A stretch of 64,000 bases of DNA from Pseudobdellovibrionaceae bacterium (GCA_015163855.1 JAAOIK010000009.1:5113-69112); one strand, 5' to 3'. Shown: positions 42,901-51,138, counted from the first letter of the stretch. The notes: generated by a model not told the origin, from the letters alone. A program made the numbers and translations.

Positions 42901-43062
42901 CCGCAAAAAAATAGCAAAGTAAATTTTTATTTTGCAGATACGCAAAATTATTTTAAAGTCACCGCTTTTGAAAAAAAAGTGCTAAAGCAAATCTTTCAAT
43001 CGCTAAATGCGCAATTATTTGAAATAAATTCTTTCCGAAGTTTGTTATTAGAGCGAGAGTAA
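39952..43062 (+). CDS. hypothetical large membrane-associated protein (1036 aa), no recognisable domain
   Basis: RBS AGGAGA upstream and an N-terminal hydrophobic segment. There is a basic region, then about five hydrophobic segments in residues ~130-380. The C-terminal ~650 aa are Cys-containing. Confidence 0.6.
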   Translation: MLKIFIGSFFLFSAVSFYDVLLQKKTSGVTVAKLSNTFKRKIASQVSVRQNRGYEGRNPRLRKDNINQPAPKKTINFKQWSQSINATTGIDLQKHRKSLKKLRPSELLKELNKAQALPKPKRMQSLRLTAKRFIPESLLFYLAGNLVSITDHGLGISKINNPRFFQTEIDSVLSVEGGSHFFSFIFFNQMYSSWSQKKVQSKTTSVALSKFLQSAKNSFAGMAVAGLGASIVSDLGPMIYYCNLGQLKKVQDTQASDIFTTPAKHIASCDDLYLRFISGRMQSEWINQLALGLIPAAVLSHGVSASGKRLFKQAGTVKKWFQSSSLFQAGSAAKKAQAGKLALLAGKVASGTRAVFSATWVGALINFSLFVGIDRLLTSHVSYWGSKKLSVAFLNTYTKNLQAYLQKGLFTYASIKSLEKNNKNTQVSQELISQCTTKECIQQQYINQPKVFSEKDFLQNFKLYASTIRDYRQLLLSKGQEHYQNWITSFKKLSLKYDAGFQFYYDFINKIANNDPMIQSKWIPLVFILPEKTKEGNFINPPDFTSEPRAENLFLNSGQKQNLVEAQVFLNKKIKKINQVGWFFDKKILLFQLKQLKRQLFSKHIDTQLIGFKNLQTLVKYYNKKWTCDNRRVEDLQCSVVYLYKQLGRPQSKTYLEKYIQYWGMAFKHSYGSDLLSQTFSTNLAEDFLQSMVCGKTEGEISDIVGWDKTFYPPKIINLKNNSCNFNVLKTPVAHMLCDKPMGKDAINIGGVHKKKWKKPSKHFLTEDFQCANLWGISPGKQPKYSVMSTYFAVKDKGQVSTYNSLAELVVARLDKKLLICQSQDCRHQLSQAVAKDEDSSVFELWWSAHVSPYVLEQMNIAKKATNKILNQEILPVLHGKTLQSDNTAKASVVQLLQINTEAFSIEKSLKIESLVYQNIAKNIYKKYCKDKVCLKELNQWSIDVRRSLNILLNYGSNVDTQSAQKLSKNLKIAYHNFFYTLSPQKNSKVNFYFADTQNYFKVTAFEKKVLKQIFQSLNAQLFEINSFRSLLLERE

Positions 43063-43076
43063 ATAAAAATATTTAC

Positions 43077-43192
43077 AAGGCAGGGGGGTGTGTAAAGCCT
43101 CTTTTGCGCCTCACCCCCAGTCCTAGCAAAACATATATCACCACCTAGAAAGGTGCCGAAGCAAAAGAGATTTTGCACACCTCTCTTGCCTT
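43077..43192 (+). ncRNA. candidate structured RNA: 116-nt rod-like imperfect hairpin (possibly a 3' UTR or terminator element)
   Basis: 43077-43107 pairs with 43161-43192. That is 29 pairs across the arms, including five G-U/U-G wobbles, one bulge and one mismatch. Inner CACC/GGTG and CTAG/CTAG pairs extend the rod. The region is GC-rich relative to its surroundings. Confidence 0.35.
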
Positions 43193-43227
43193 TAAAAATG
43201 GGTTTTTAAATTCGCCGCAGTTAAAAA

Positions 43228-43794
43228 TTAAATTTTTCCTACTAAATCTAGTCCTGGTTTTAAAGTATCCGCGCCAGGAGTCCACTTTGCAGGGCAAACC
43301 TCGGCGGGGTGCTTGGCTGTAAATTGCGCCGCTTGTACTTTTCGTAATAACTCGTCAGCATTTCTGCCAATGCTGTTATCTTGAATTTCTGCTAATTTAA
43401 TTTCGCCTTCAGGATTAATTAAAAAAGTTCCTCTATAGGCAAGACCTGCTTCTTCGATATGCACACCAAAAGATCGAGTTAAAAACCCTGTTGGATCGGC
43501 AAGCATTGGGTACTTAATTTTTTTAATAGTTGCAGAAGCATCATGCCAAGCTTTGTGAGTAAAGTGAGTGTCTGTGCTAATGCTATACACTTCTACGCCC
43601 ATTTGTTGAAACTCTGCGTACTTGTCAGCCATGTCGCCTAGCTCGGTAGGGCATACAAAAGTAAAATCGGCTGGGTAAAAAAAGAAAATACTCCACTTTC
43701 CTTTAAGGTCTTTTCCGCTAACGGTTTTAAAATTATTATTGTGGTAGGCTTCAAGTTTAAAATCTGGCGCCTGTGTGTTAATTAATGTATGCAT
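43228..43794 (-). CDS. ahpC: peroxiredoxin AhpC (typical 2-Cys)
   Basis: Peroxidatic FVCPTE and resolving EVCPAKW. 188 aa. RBS AAGGAGA. Confidence 0.95.
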   Translation of the reverse strand: MHTLINTQAPDFKLEAYHNNNFKTVSGKDLKGKWSIFFFYPADFTFVCPTELGDMADKYAEFQQMGVEVYSISTDTHFTHKAWHDASATIKKIKYPMLADPTGFLTRSFGVHIEEAGLAYRGTFLINPEGEIKLAEIQDNSIGRNADELLRKVQAAQFTAKHPAEVCPAKWTPGADTLKPGLDLVGKI

Positions 43795-43883
43795 TTGTTT
43801 CTCCTTATTTCCATTTAGGGTTTATTGTTACCATAACTATATGTTTTTTTACTAAATGCCTAATACTATTTTTTTATCAACCC

Positions 43884-43898
43884 ATAGTTAAAATCTAT
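43884..43898. promoter_or_regulatory. candidate LysR/OxyR-type dyad (ATAG-N7-CTAT, i.e. T-N11-A) in the ahpC-oxyR divergent spacer
   Basis: ATAGTTAAAATCTAT read directly. Only one clean dyad is present. The canonical four-element OxyR spacing is not seen. Confidence 0.3.
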
Positions 43899-44006
43899 CA
43901 TAAATTTATTTTTAATAGTTAATTTGACATTTCCTCGCTTTTTTGTGAAACCATTAGTATTAGAAAAAAGCAAATATTTGAAAAAAAACAAATATAAAGA
44001 GATATA

Positions 44007-44957
44007 ATGGCAACAATTACACAATTAGAGTATTTAAAAGCCGTGGAGCGGTTAGGGCATTTTGGGCGAGCTGCTGAAGAATGTCATGTGTCCCAGCCCA
44101 CCCTGTCCATTCAAATTCAAAAATTAGAAGAAGAGTTACAGCTTATTATTTTTGATAGATCTAAGAAGCCGATTATTGCCACCGAGGTGGGTAAGGAAGT
44201 TTTACAACAAGTAAGCCTAATATTAAAAGAACATAAAAAGCTATATCACTTAGCCAATTTAGGATCTGCGGAACCCAGGGGAGATTTTCACTTAGCAGTG
44301 ATCCCCACATTGTCTTCGCATCTTTTGCCTCTTTTTGTGGTGGAGTTTGCTAAAAAATACCCAAAAGTGAATTTAAAAATTAATGAATACAAAACACAAG
44401 ACATTATTACCATGCTACTAGATGATCAAATTGACGCAGGTTTATTGGTAACCCCTTTGGGGGACAAACGCTTGCTAGAAAGGCACCTTTTTTTTGAACC
44501 TTTTTATGCTTATATTGCTAAAAAACACCACTTAAATAAAAAAAAATCCATTTCTGAATCAGACTTAGAGGCAGAAGGTTTATGGTTACTAGAGGAGGGG
44601 CATTGTTTTAGAGAGCAAGTTTTAAAAGTGTGTTCTAAAAAAAACAAAAACACTGCTTTAAATAATGTAGAATTTTCTGGAGGAAGTTTAGAAACATTAA
44701 AAAACTTAGTTAAAAATAACTCGGGCTATACTTTATTACCAGAATTGGCCGCCGTATCTCTGCCTTTGCAAGAGTACAAAGCTTATGTTCGGGAGTTTAA
44801 AAAGCCAGCTCCCACAAGGGAGGTTAGTTTGGTGTATAGTCGTAGTTTTTTAAAGGCGAGTATTATTAATTCTTTAGAAAAAGTGATTTTAGATAACTTG
44901 CCTAAAAAAATTAAATCTTTAAAAAAACGGGATATAGAAGTTATTGGCATTGGTTAA
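44007..44957 (+). CDS. oxyR: LysR-family hydrogen-peroxide-sensing regulator OxyR
   Basis: N-terminal HTH (LEYLKAVERLGHFGRAAEECHVSQPTLS). Redox pair GHCFREQVLKVC has the C199/C208 spacing of E. coli OxyR. The gene is divergent from ahpC. Confidence 0.85.
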   Translation: MATITQLEYLKAVERLGHFGRAAEECHVSQPTLSIQIQKLEEELQLIIFDRSKKPIIATEVGKEVLQQVSLILKEHKKLYHLANLGSAEPRGDFHLAVIPTLSSHLLPLFVVEFAKKYPKVNLKINEYKTQDIITMLLDDQIDAGLLVTPLGDKRLLERHLFFEPFYAYIAKKHHLNKKKSISESDLEAEGLWLLEEGHCFREQVLKVCSKKNKNTALNNVEFSGGSLETLKNLVKNNSGYTLLPELAAVSLPLQEYKAYVREFKKPAPTREVSLVYSRSFLKASIINSLEKVILDNLPKKIKSLKKRDIEVIGIG

Positions 44958-44963
44958 TCTAAT

Positions 44964-46181
44964 ATGAAAAATCATTTTTCTGCACTACCTTTAAAGCTTA
45001 AACAATTTTATCAGTTTTTAAGTTTGCACTCTTTTTTAGTAGGCCTATTTCCTGTATTAATGCCTAGTTTTTTGTGGAAAAAAGGTATAGGTCTTACCGA
45101 GTTATCCGTTTTCATTGCAATCTCTGGCTTAGGTTTTGTGGTGGCTTTGTCTAGCTGGGAGACTATTCATAATCGTTATTCTTTTAAAAGGCTTATGATT
45201 ATTTCTTTTTTATTACAAATCGGTTTAATGAGCATGTTTTTTTTTCAAGGACAGTTTTTTTTCTTAATAGGTTTGGCGCTATTAAATGGCATGACCAATT
45301 GTTTTTTTTGGATTACTCAAAGGGCCTTATTTTTTGAAACTATTGAATTTGGTAACTCGGGAAGGCGCTTTGGTAATATGCAAATATTTTTAGCGCTAAT
45401 AATAAATATTAGTATTGCAATAGGGGTGGTTTTATTAGAACAAGTTGGTTTTGTTGGAGTATATACAGTATTTTTTTTAGTCGCCATGGGGGCAATTATT
45501 TACTACCTTTTATTAAAAAACCCACCAACTTTAACCAAAGATTTAGTCAAGGCTATGCCCTTGGGCTTTAAGGAAGTACTTTTTTTTAGCGATAGGTGGA
45601 GGTCAGAAAAAGTTTTTTGGTTAGATGGATTATTTTTATATTTAGAAAGCTACTTTTGGATTATTTCTTTATTTTTAATTGCTCGCGAAAGTTTTTTAAC
45701 TTTAGGCTTTTTAATTGTTAGTGTCGCCGGCATTTTAGCAATTATTTTTTATTTTATTAAAAATTTAATTGATAAAATGCATTCACAGATTGTGTATTTG
45801 GCCAGTGTAATTTTATATGCTGCATCTTGGGGGTTAAGAGCCGTGGTGGATGAAAAGCTTCCCTTAGTTTATTTATTTTTTTTATTAGTTAGCATTACCT
45901 TTTTTACAAGCCTTTTTAGGTTAGCTTACAATAAGCGATTTTTTGATATAGCCCAGCAAGGCAGTAAGCATAGGTACTTATTTATAAAAAGCTATTTATC
46001 GCAAATTTTTATTATGTTGAGCTTTACAGCCATTGCGATAACTTCTTTTTTAATGGAAGGGTCTTTATTACTATTAAAGTATATTTATATATTGGCTATT
46101 TTATTATCTGCGGGATATTTCTTTTATCGCCCTAGAGAGAAATTCCATTTGGCCCATAAACGAGGTTACAAAAATCTTTAA
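44964..46181 (+). CDS. polytopic membrane protein, MFS-like (about 12 TM)
   Basis: 405 aa, hydrophobic throughout. It starts 6 nt after oxyR and is probably co-transcribed. No specific family recognised. Confidence 0.5.
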   Translation: MKNHFSALPLKLKQFYQFLSLHSFLVGLFPVLMPSFLWKKGIGLTELSVFIAISGLGFVVALSSWETIHNRYSFKRLMIISFLLQIGLMSMFFFQGQFFFLIGLALLNGMTNCFFWITQRALFFETIEFGNSGRRFGNMQIFLALIINISIAIGVVLLEQVGFVGVYTVFFLVAMGAIIYYLLLKNPPTLTKDLVKAMPLGFKEVLFFSDRWRSEKVFWLDGLFLYLESYFWIISLFLIARESFLTLGFLIVSVAGILAIIFYFIKNLIDKMHSQIVYLASVILYAASWGLRAVVDEKLPLVYLFFLLVSITFFTSLFRLAYNKRFFDIAQQGSKHRYLFIKSYLSQIFIMLSFTAIAITSFLMEGSLLLLKYIYILAILLSAGYFFYRPREKFHLAHKRGYKNL

Positions 46182-46186
46182 AAAAT

Positions 46187-46263
<77 letters not shown>

Positions 46264-46391
46264 ACAGGTGAACACAACACTATTTTAAAGCCTAAAACAA
46301 GTCAAGTCTCTTTTAAATCCATAGATAATTTCGAGTAGACACTCTTTTTAAGTATAGTTATACTGGGTTTCACAATTTATAAAAGTAAAGG

Positions 46392-46430
46392 CCTTTTGCT
46401 CGAGCACTTCTTTAGGGAGAATCGAAAAAG
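46392..46430. repeat. copy C of the 39-nt repeated core (30/39 identical, ungapped, to 8583-8621), nested in an 11-bp AT inverted repeat
   Basis: CCTTTTGCTCGAGCACTTCTTTAGGGAGAATCGAAAAAG versus CCTTTTGCTCGGGCAACCCTTTGGGCTGAGTCGCAAAAG. AATTTATAAAA (46374-46384) and TTTTATAAATT (46438-46448) flank it. Confidence 0.6.
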
Positions 46431-46475
46431 TTTTTAGTTTTATAAATTATAAAAACAAGAAACAACAGCAACTTT

Positions 46476-47393
46476 ATGTCAAAAAATAAAAGTATTTTAA
46501 CGGTTAAAAATTTAAGCAAAAGTTATGGTAACTTTAAAGCTGTAGATAATGTTAGCTTTACTATTGCCAGCGGAGAAGTTTTTGCACTTCTTGGCCCCAA
46601 TGGAGCTGGAAAAACTTCTATTATTTCTTGTATTTCTGGTGTGCAAAATTTTGAGCAAGGTAGTATTGCTATTGATGGTGCAGATATTGTTACTTCTGTG
46701 AAAGACGCTAAATTTAATATGGGTGTTGTTCCTCAAGAGCTTATTAATCACGGCTTTTTTAATGTGCAGCAAATTTTAGAATTTTATTCTGGCTTTTATG
46801 CTATTGGTAAAAACAAAGATAGAATTCATTTTTTATTAGACCGACTAGGTTTGTGGGAACATAAAGACAAAAGAGTTCGTACACTTAGCGGAGGTATGAA
46901 AAGGCGAGTGTTAATTGCCAAGGCATTACTGCATAAGCCAAAATTATTATTATTAGATGAGCCTACGGCAGGAATTGATATAGAACTTCGTAAGCAGTTG
47001 TGGTCTTTTGTTAAAGAGTTAAAGGCAGAAGGAATGGCTATTTTATTAACCACCCATTATTTAGAAGAGGCAGAACAATTGTCTGATCGACTGGGGGTTT
47101 TGCGACAAGGTAAGCTAGAATGTTTAAGCGATTCAAAAAGTTTAATTACTAAGTTAGGAACAAAAATAATCTGCATAGAGTTAGAAAAGCCTATGGAGAC
47201 AAAACATCCCTTATTATTAAAAGTGGAAGGAAGAAAATTGCACTTTCATCTTCCAATGAATTATTCTTTAGGTGCATTGTTTAAAGAAAACAATATTGAA
47301 ACCAAAGATGTGGCAGATATTCATATAGAAAAAAGTAATTTAGAAAGTGTAGTAGAGGGTTTTTTACAATCAGAAATAACCGCAGAGGTGTAG
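46476..47393 (+). CDS. ABC transporter ATP-binding protein (YadG-like, ABC-2 type)
   Basis: Walker A GPNGAGKTS, signature LSGGMKRR, Walker B LLLLDEPTAG. Confidence 0.9.
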   Translation: MSKNKSILTVKNLSKSYGNFKAVDNVSFTIASGEVFALLGPNGAGKTSIISCISGVQNFEQGSIAIDGADIVTSVKDAKFNMGVVPQELINHGFFNVQQILEFYSGFYAIGKNKDRIHFLLDRLGLWEHKDKRVRTLSGGMKRRVLIAKALLHKPKLLLLDEPTAGIDIELRKQLWSFVKELKAEGMAILLTTHYLEEAEQLSDRLGVLRQGKLECLSDSKSLITKLGTKIICIELEKPMETKHPLLLKVEGRKLHFHLPMNYSLGALFKENNIETKDVADIHIEKSNLESVVEGFLQSEITAEV

Positions 47394-47394
47394 T

Positions 47395-48204
47395 ATGCAA
47401 GTGCCAGTAGGTAAACAAGGCAATTTATTTTGGGTACCTTTTTTCTTTATTTTTTATAAAGAAGTTCGTCGCTTTCAAAGCGTATTTATCGAAACGGTTT
47501 TAGGGCCCGTAGTTAGCACTGCTTTGTACATTGTTGTTTTTGGCATGGCTATGTCTTCTCAGTTGCAGGGGCCAGATAGTTTGCCCTATATTGCCTTTTT
47601 ATTACCAGGGTTGATTATGATGAGTTGTTTAAACCAATCCTTTCATGGCACTACCGCGGCTTTTGTTACAGCTAAGTACACAGGAGAAATTGAAGATTAC
47701 GCAAGATTGCCAATTAGTTCTAATCAATTGCTAATTGGTTTTATTTTAGGCGGTTGGTTAAGAGGTATGGTTATTAGCTTTTTTAATTTAATCATAGGTA
47801 GTTTAGCGTATTATTATTTATATCACTCTTGGATCCCTTTAGAAAACCCGTTTCTTTTATTAGTATTTTTATCACTGGGAGGTTTAACTTTTAGTTGTTT
47901 AGGCGCAGCTATTGGCGTTTGGGCCCAAAGCCACGAGCATATTTCTGCCATTGGCATTTTTGTACTAGCCCCTTTAATTTTTTTAGGAGGGGTATTTTTT
48001 TCTGTAAAAAACTTTAGCCCATTTTGGAAAACCGTGTCTTCGTTTAATCCTATATTCTATATGATTAATGGAACTCGTTATAGCTTTTTAGGCATGTCCG
48101 ATGTTTCTGTTTTAACTTGTTTGGCAGTTTCTATTTTTTCTATTTTAGTCATTTATGGTATTGCTTACTATTTGTGTAAGAAAGTTCACTTTCAAAGATG
48201 GTAA
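47395..48204 (+). CDS. ABC-2 type transporter permease (YadH-like)
   Basis: 269 aa with six hydrophobic segments. It starts 1 nt after the ATPase stop. Confidence 0.8.
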   Translation: MQVPVGKQGNLFWVPFFFIFYKEVRRFQSVFIETVLGPVVSTALYIVVFGMAMSSQLQGPDSLPYIAFLLPGLIMMSCLNQSFHGTTAAFVTAKYTGEIEDYARLPISSNQLLIGFILGGWLRGMVISFFNLIIGSLAYYYLYHSWIPLENPFLLLVFLSLGGLTFSCLGAAIGVWAQSHEHISAIGIFVLAPLIFLGGVFFSVKNFSPFWKTVSSFNPIFYMINGTRYSFLGMSDVSVLTCLAVSIFSILVIYGIAYYLCKKVHFQRW

Positions 48205-48276
48205 GTAGTAAAAAAATTATTTTTTTAAAAAAATAAAAGATTATTGTAATAAGAATGTTATTTAAAGGTATTTTGC

Positions 48277-49608
48277 ATGTTTCAAAATTTATCAGAAAAA
48301 TTTTTATCTAGTATTAAAAAGTTAAAGGGAGAGGCTCGCATTAGCGAGGATAATATTGAAACCACTTTAAAAGAAATTCGCTTTCACTTATTAGAGGCTG
48401 ATGTTAACTTTAAAGTAGTTAAAACATTTACAGAAAGAGTAAAAAAAAAGGCTTTAGGAACAGAAGTTTTAAGCCACATTAACCCAGGGCAACAGTTTAC
48501 GCAAATTCTTCATGAAGAATTAAAGCAGTTGCTGGGAGGCGAAGAAGCCTCTTTAGATTTAAAATCTAACCCATCTATAATGTTTATGGTGGGTTTGCAA
48601 GGGGCGGGTAAAACTACAAGTACTGCAAAATTAGCTTTGCATTTGCGAAAAAAATTTAAAAGAAAAGTGGGAATGTTTTCGGTGGATGTTTATAGGCCTG
48701 CCGCCATTAAACAATTACAAATTTTAGCAAAACAAAACAATATTTTATTTTTTGAATCTAACCCCTCACAAAAACCCAAAGCCATTTTTCAGTCTGCAAA
48801 AAAATGGGCTCAAGAAAACGACATAGAAGTTTTATTGGTAGATACAGCGGGGCGCTTGCAAGTGGATGAAGGTTTAATGGCAGAATTAAAAGAATTAAAA
48901 TCTGTCGCCACTCCTCAAGAAATTTTATTAGTAGTAGATGCTATGCTGGGGCAAGAGTCGGTAAAGGTGGCCGAAGCTTTTCATAAAGAGGTATCTATTA
49001 GTGGGCTAATCATGACCAAAGTGGACGGTGATGCTAAAGGGGGGGCTGCTTTAAGTATTCGAGAGGCCTTGGGCTTGCCCATTAAATTTTTAGGCTTAGG
49101 GGAAAAAGTCTCCGACTTTGAAGTTTTTTATCCCGACCGTTTAGCTTCGCGCATTTTAGATATGGGAGATGTTTTATCGTTGGTAGAAAAAGCTCAAGAT
49201 ATTATTTCTGAAAAAGAGGCTATGTTATCGGCTAAAAAAATGGCCAAAAATCAGTGGAGTATTGATGACTTTTTAAAGCAAATGAAAATGATGAAAAAAA
49301 TGGGTGGTATGGGTAGCATTTTAAAAATGTTACCAGGGGCAGGTCAGCTAACCAAGCAAATGAAAGGGATGAACCCTCCCGATGAAGAAATGAAAAAAAT
49401 TGAAGCCATTATTCAGTCTATGACTCCTAAAGAAAGGCGCAATCATAAAATTTTAAACGCCTCTCGTAGATTACGAATTGCTCAAGGTAGTGGTACAGAG
49501 GTTCGTGATTTAAATCGCTTTTTAAAACAGTTTGAACAAAGTAAAAAAATGATGGCACAAATGATGAAAGGCGGCATGGGCAATATGATGTCTATGTTAA
49601 AAAGATAG
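48277..49608 (+). CDS. ffh: signal recognition particle protein Ffh
   Basis: NG domain GLQGAGKTT, DTAGR, TKVDGDAKGG. Met-rich M domain (MKMMKKMGGMGS...MMAQMMKGGMGNMMSM). Confidence 0.96.
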   Translation: MFQNLSEKFLSSIKKLKGEARISEDNIETTLKEIRFHLLEADVNFKVVKTFTERVKKKALGTEVLSHINPGQQFTQILHEELKQLLGGEEASLDLKSNPSIMFMVGLQGAGKTTSTAKLALHLRKKFKRKVGMFSVDVYRPAAIKQLQILAKQNNILFFESNPSQKPKAIFQSAKKWAQENDIEVLLVDTAGRLQVDEGLMAELKELKSVATPQEILLVVDAMLGQESVKVAEAFHKEVSISGLIMTKVDGDAKGGAALSIREALGLPIKFLGLGEKVSDFEVFYPDRLASRILDMGDVLSLVEKAQDIISEKEAMLSAKKMAKNQWSIDDFLKQMKMMKKMGGMGSILKMLPGAGQLTKQMKGMNPPDEEMKKIEAIIQSMTPKERRNHKILNASRRLRIAQGSGTEVRDLNRFLKQFEQSKKMMAQMMKGGMGNMMSMLKR

Positions 49609-49659
49609 CACTAGTAAAAAGATAGCATTAAAAAAAGTAGTTACTAACAAAGGTATAAA

Positions 49660-50757
49660 ATGGAAAAAGTAATTTTGTGGTTACGAGACGAGGTAAAAGC
49701 TTTTGAATACCGAAGCGCTTTAAGCCCTAAGTCTGCTGAAATTTTAATACAAAAGGGAGTGCAGGTAGTAGTGGAAAAATCCATGGTACGCATTTTTGAC
49801 GATCAGTTATATGCCGATGTGGGTTGTCAATTAGTAGAGGCGGGAAGTTGGAAAACACAAGCCCCTAAAGAGGCTTATATTTTAGGTTTAAAAGAATTAG
49901 AAGAACAAAGCACGCCGCTAAAACATAAACACATTTATTTTGCTCATGCTTATAAAAACCAAACCGGTTCTGATAAATTATTGCAACGATTTAAGCGTGG
50001 CGGTGGAGAGTTGTTAGATTTAGAATATTTAGTAAGTGAAAAGGGAAAAAGAGTGGCAGCCTTTGGGTACTGGGCCGGTTTTGTGGGCGCGGCTGTGGGT
50101 TTAGAAATTTTGCTAAAGCAATTTTTATCTCAAGATTTAAAAAAGTATCAGCTAACCTCCTATAAAACAAAAGAGCATTTTTTAGAGCATTTAAAAGGTT
50201 TGTTAAAGCAAGTGGAGGCTAAAAAAATACCAGTTTCGTCAATAAAAACTTTAGTTATTGGGGCCGATGGCCGCTGTGGTACTGGAGCTACCGATTTATT
50301 AAAAAGTGTAAACTTGCAACCAAGCCTTTGGGGTCAGAAAGAGACTAAGGGGCGGGGTCTTTTTACAGAGATTTTAGAACACGATTTGTTACTAAATTGT
50401 GTGTTTATAAAAAGTCGCATTCCTCCTTTTTTGAATGAAGATTTTTTAAATCAGCAAAGCTCGGGCTATAAATTAAAAGTAATATCGGATGTTAGTTGTG
50501 ACCCTACGGGGCCATACAATCCTTTGCCTTTGTATAGCAAGGAAAGCACCTTTCAAAAGCCGATTCATTTTTTACCTTATACCAATGCCAACTTATATTT
50601 GACAGCCGTAGATCATTTGCCCTCTGTATTACCTAAAGAAAGTAGTAGTGATTTTTCTTCTCAGTTGCTGGGCCCTTTGGCTTCTTTTTTAGCGGGGGAA
50701 GATAAGGGAGGGGTATTTGCCAGAGCCTCTAAGCGATTTAAAGAGAAAACTTGCTAG
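49660..50757 (+). CDS. saccharopine dehydrogenase (NAD+, L-lysine-forming), LYS1-type
   Basis: LRDEVKAFEYRSALSP, AGSWKTQAPKEAYILGLKEL, HIYFAHAYKNQTG, LLDLEYL..EKGKRVAAFGYWAGFVGAAVG, IGADGRCGTGA. These are collinear with yeast Lys1 as I remember it. Confidence 0.8.
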   Translation: MEKVILWLRDEVKAFEYRSALSPKSAEILIQKGVQVVVEKSMVRIFDDQLYADVGCQLVEAGSWKTQAPKEAYILGLKELEEQSTPLKHKHIYFAHAYKNQTGSDKLLQRFKRGGGELLDLEYLVSEKGKRVAAFGYWAGFVGAAVGLEILLKQFLSQDLKKYQLTSYKTKEHFLEHLKGLLKQVEAKKIPVSSIKTLVIGADGRCGTGATDLLKSVNLQPSLWGQKETKGRGLFTEILEHDLLLNCVFIKSRIPPFLNEDFLNQQSSGYKLKVISDVSCDPTGPYNPLPLYSKESTFQKPIHFLPYTNANLYLTAVDHLPSVLPKESSSDFSSQLLGPLASFLAGEDKGGVFARASKRFKEKTC

Positions 50758-50845
50758 GTGTAGAAGTTATTTAAGTAAAGTGCTAGAAAACACTAGACTT
50801 TCTTTTATAAACTTAGTAAAAATGTGTCTGGAATTGGAGAATAAT

Positions 50846-51085
50846 ATGGTAGTAATTCGTTTAGCTCGTTTTGGAAGTACTCATAAGCCTAAATATCGTG
50901 TCACTGTGGCTGACCAAAGATTTAGCGCCACTGGTCGTTTTTTAGAAGTCGTTGGACATTACGACCCTTTTGCAAAAACCGATGGCTTAGTTTTAAAAAT
51001 GGATAGAGTGGAGGAGTGGGTTTCTAAAGGGGCTCAACCTTCCGAAAGAGTAAAAAGTTTAATGGCTAAGTACTCGGCTAAGTAA
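50846..51085 (+). CDS. rpsP: 30S ribosomal protein S16
   Basis: MVVIRLARFGSTHKPKYRVTVADQR... ATG 50846 after GGAG. The ORF-track start at 50717 overlaps the upstream gene and is unsupported. Confidence 0.95.
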   Translation: MVVIRLARFGSTHKPKYRVTVADQRFSATGRFLEVVGHYDPFAKTDGLVLKMDRVEEWVSKGAQPSERVKSLMAKYSAK

Positions 51086-51138
51086 ACATAATAAAAATAG
51101 TAGAGTTTTCTTTAAAGAAGAAAATTTAAGGAGTTAGT

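Noticed and set aside
43138-43146. TCACCACCT as a distal att repeat matching the tRNA-Cys 3' end
   Set aside because: A 9-nt match is expected by chance about once in a window of this size on two strands. It is kept only as a pointer in the tRNA-Cys finding.
42996-43178. 60-aa minus-strand ORF across the rod-like hairpin
   Set aside because: There is no RBS. It overlaps the 3' end of the 1036-aa gene, and its composition is unremarkable.
49598-49627. 13-nt direct repeat TAAAAAGATAGCA duplicated with a 17-nt period at the ffh stop codon
   Set aside because: This is a small slippage duplication of the last codons and stop. It has no effect on the reading frame and no structure.
50717-50845. 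43-codon upstream extension of rpsP overlapping the saccharopine dehydrogenase gene
   Set aside because: S16 universally begins MV.IRL.R.G. ATG 50846 has a GGAG RBS.
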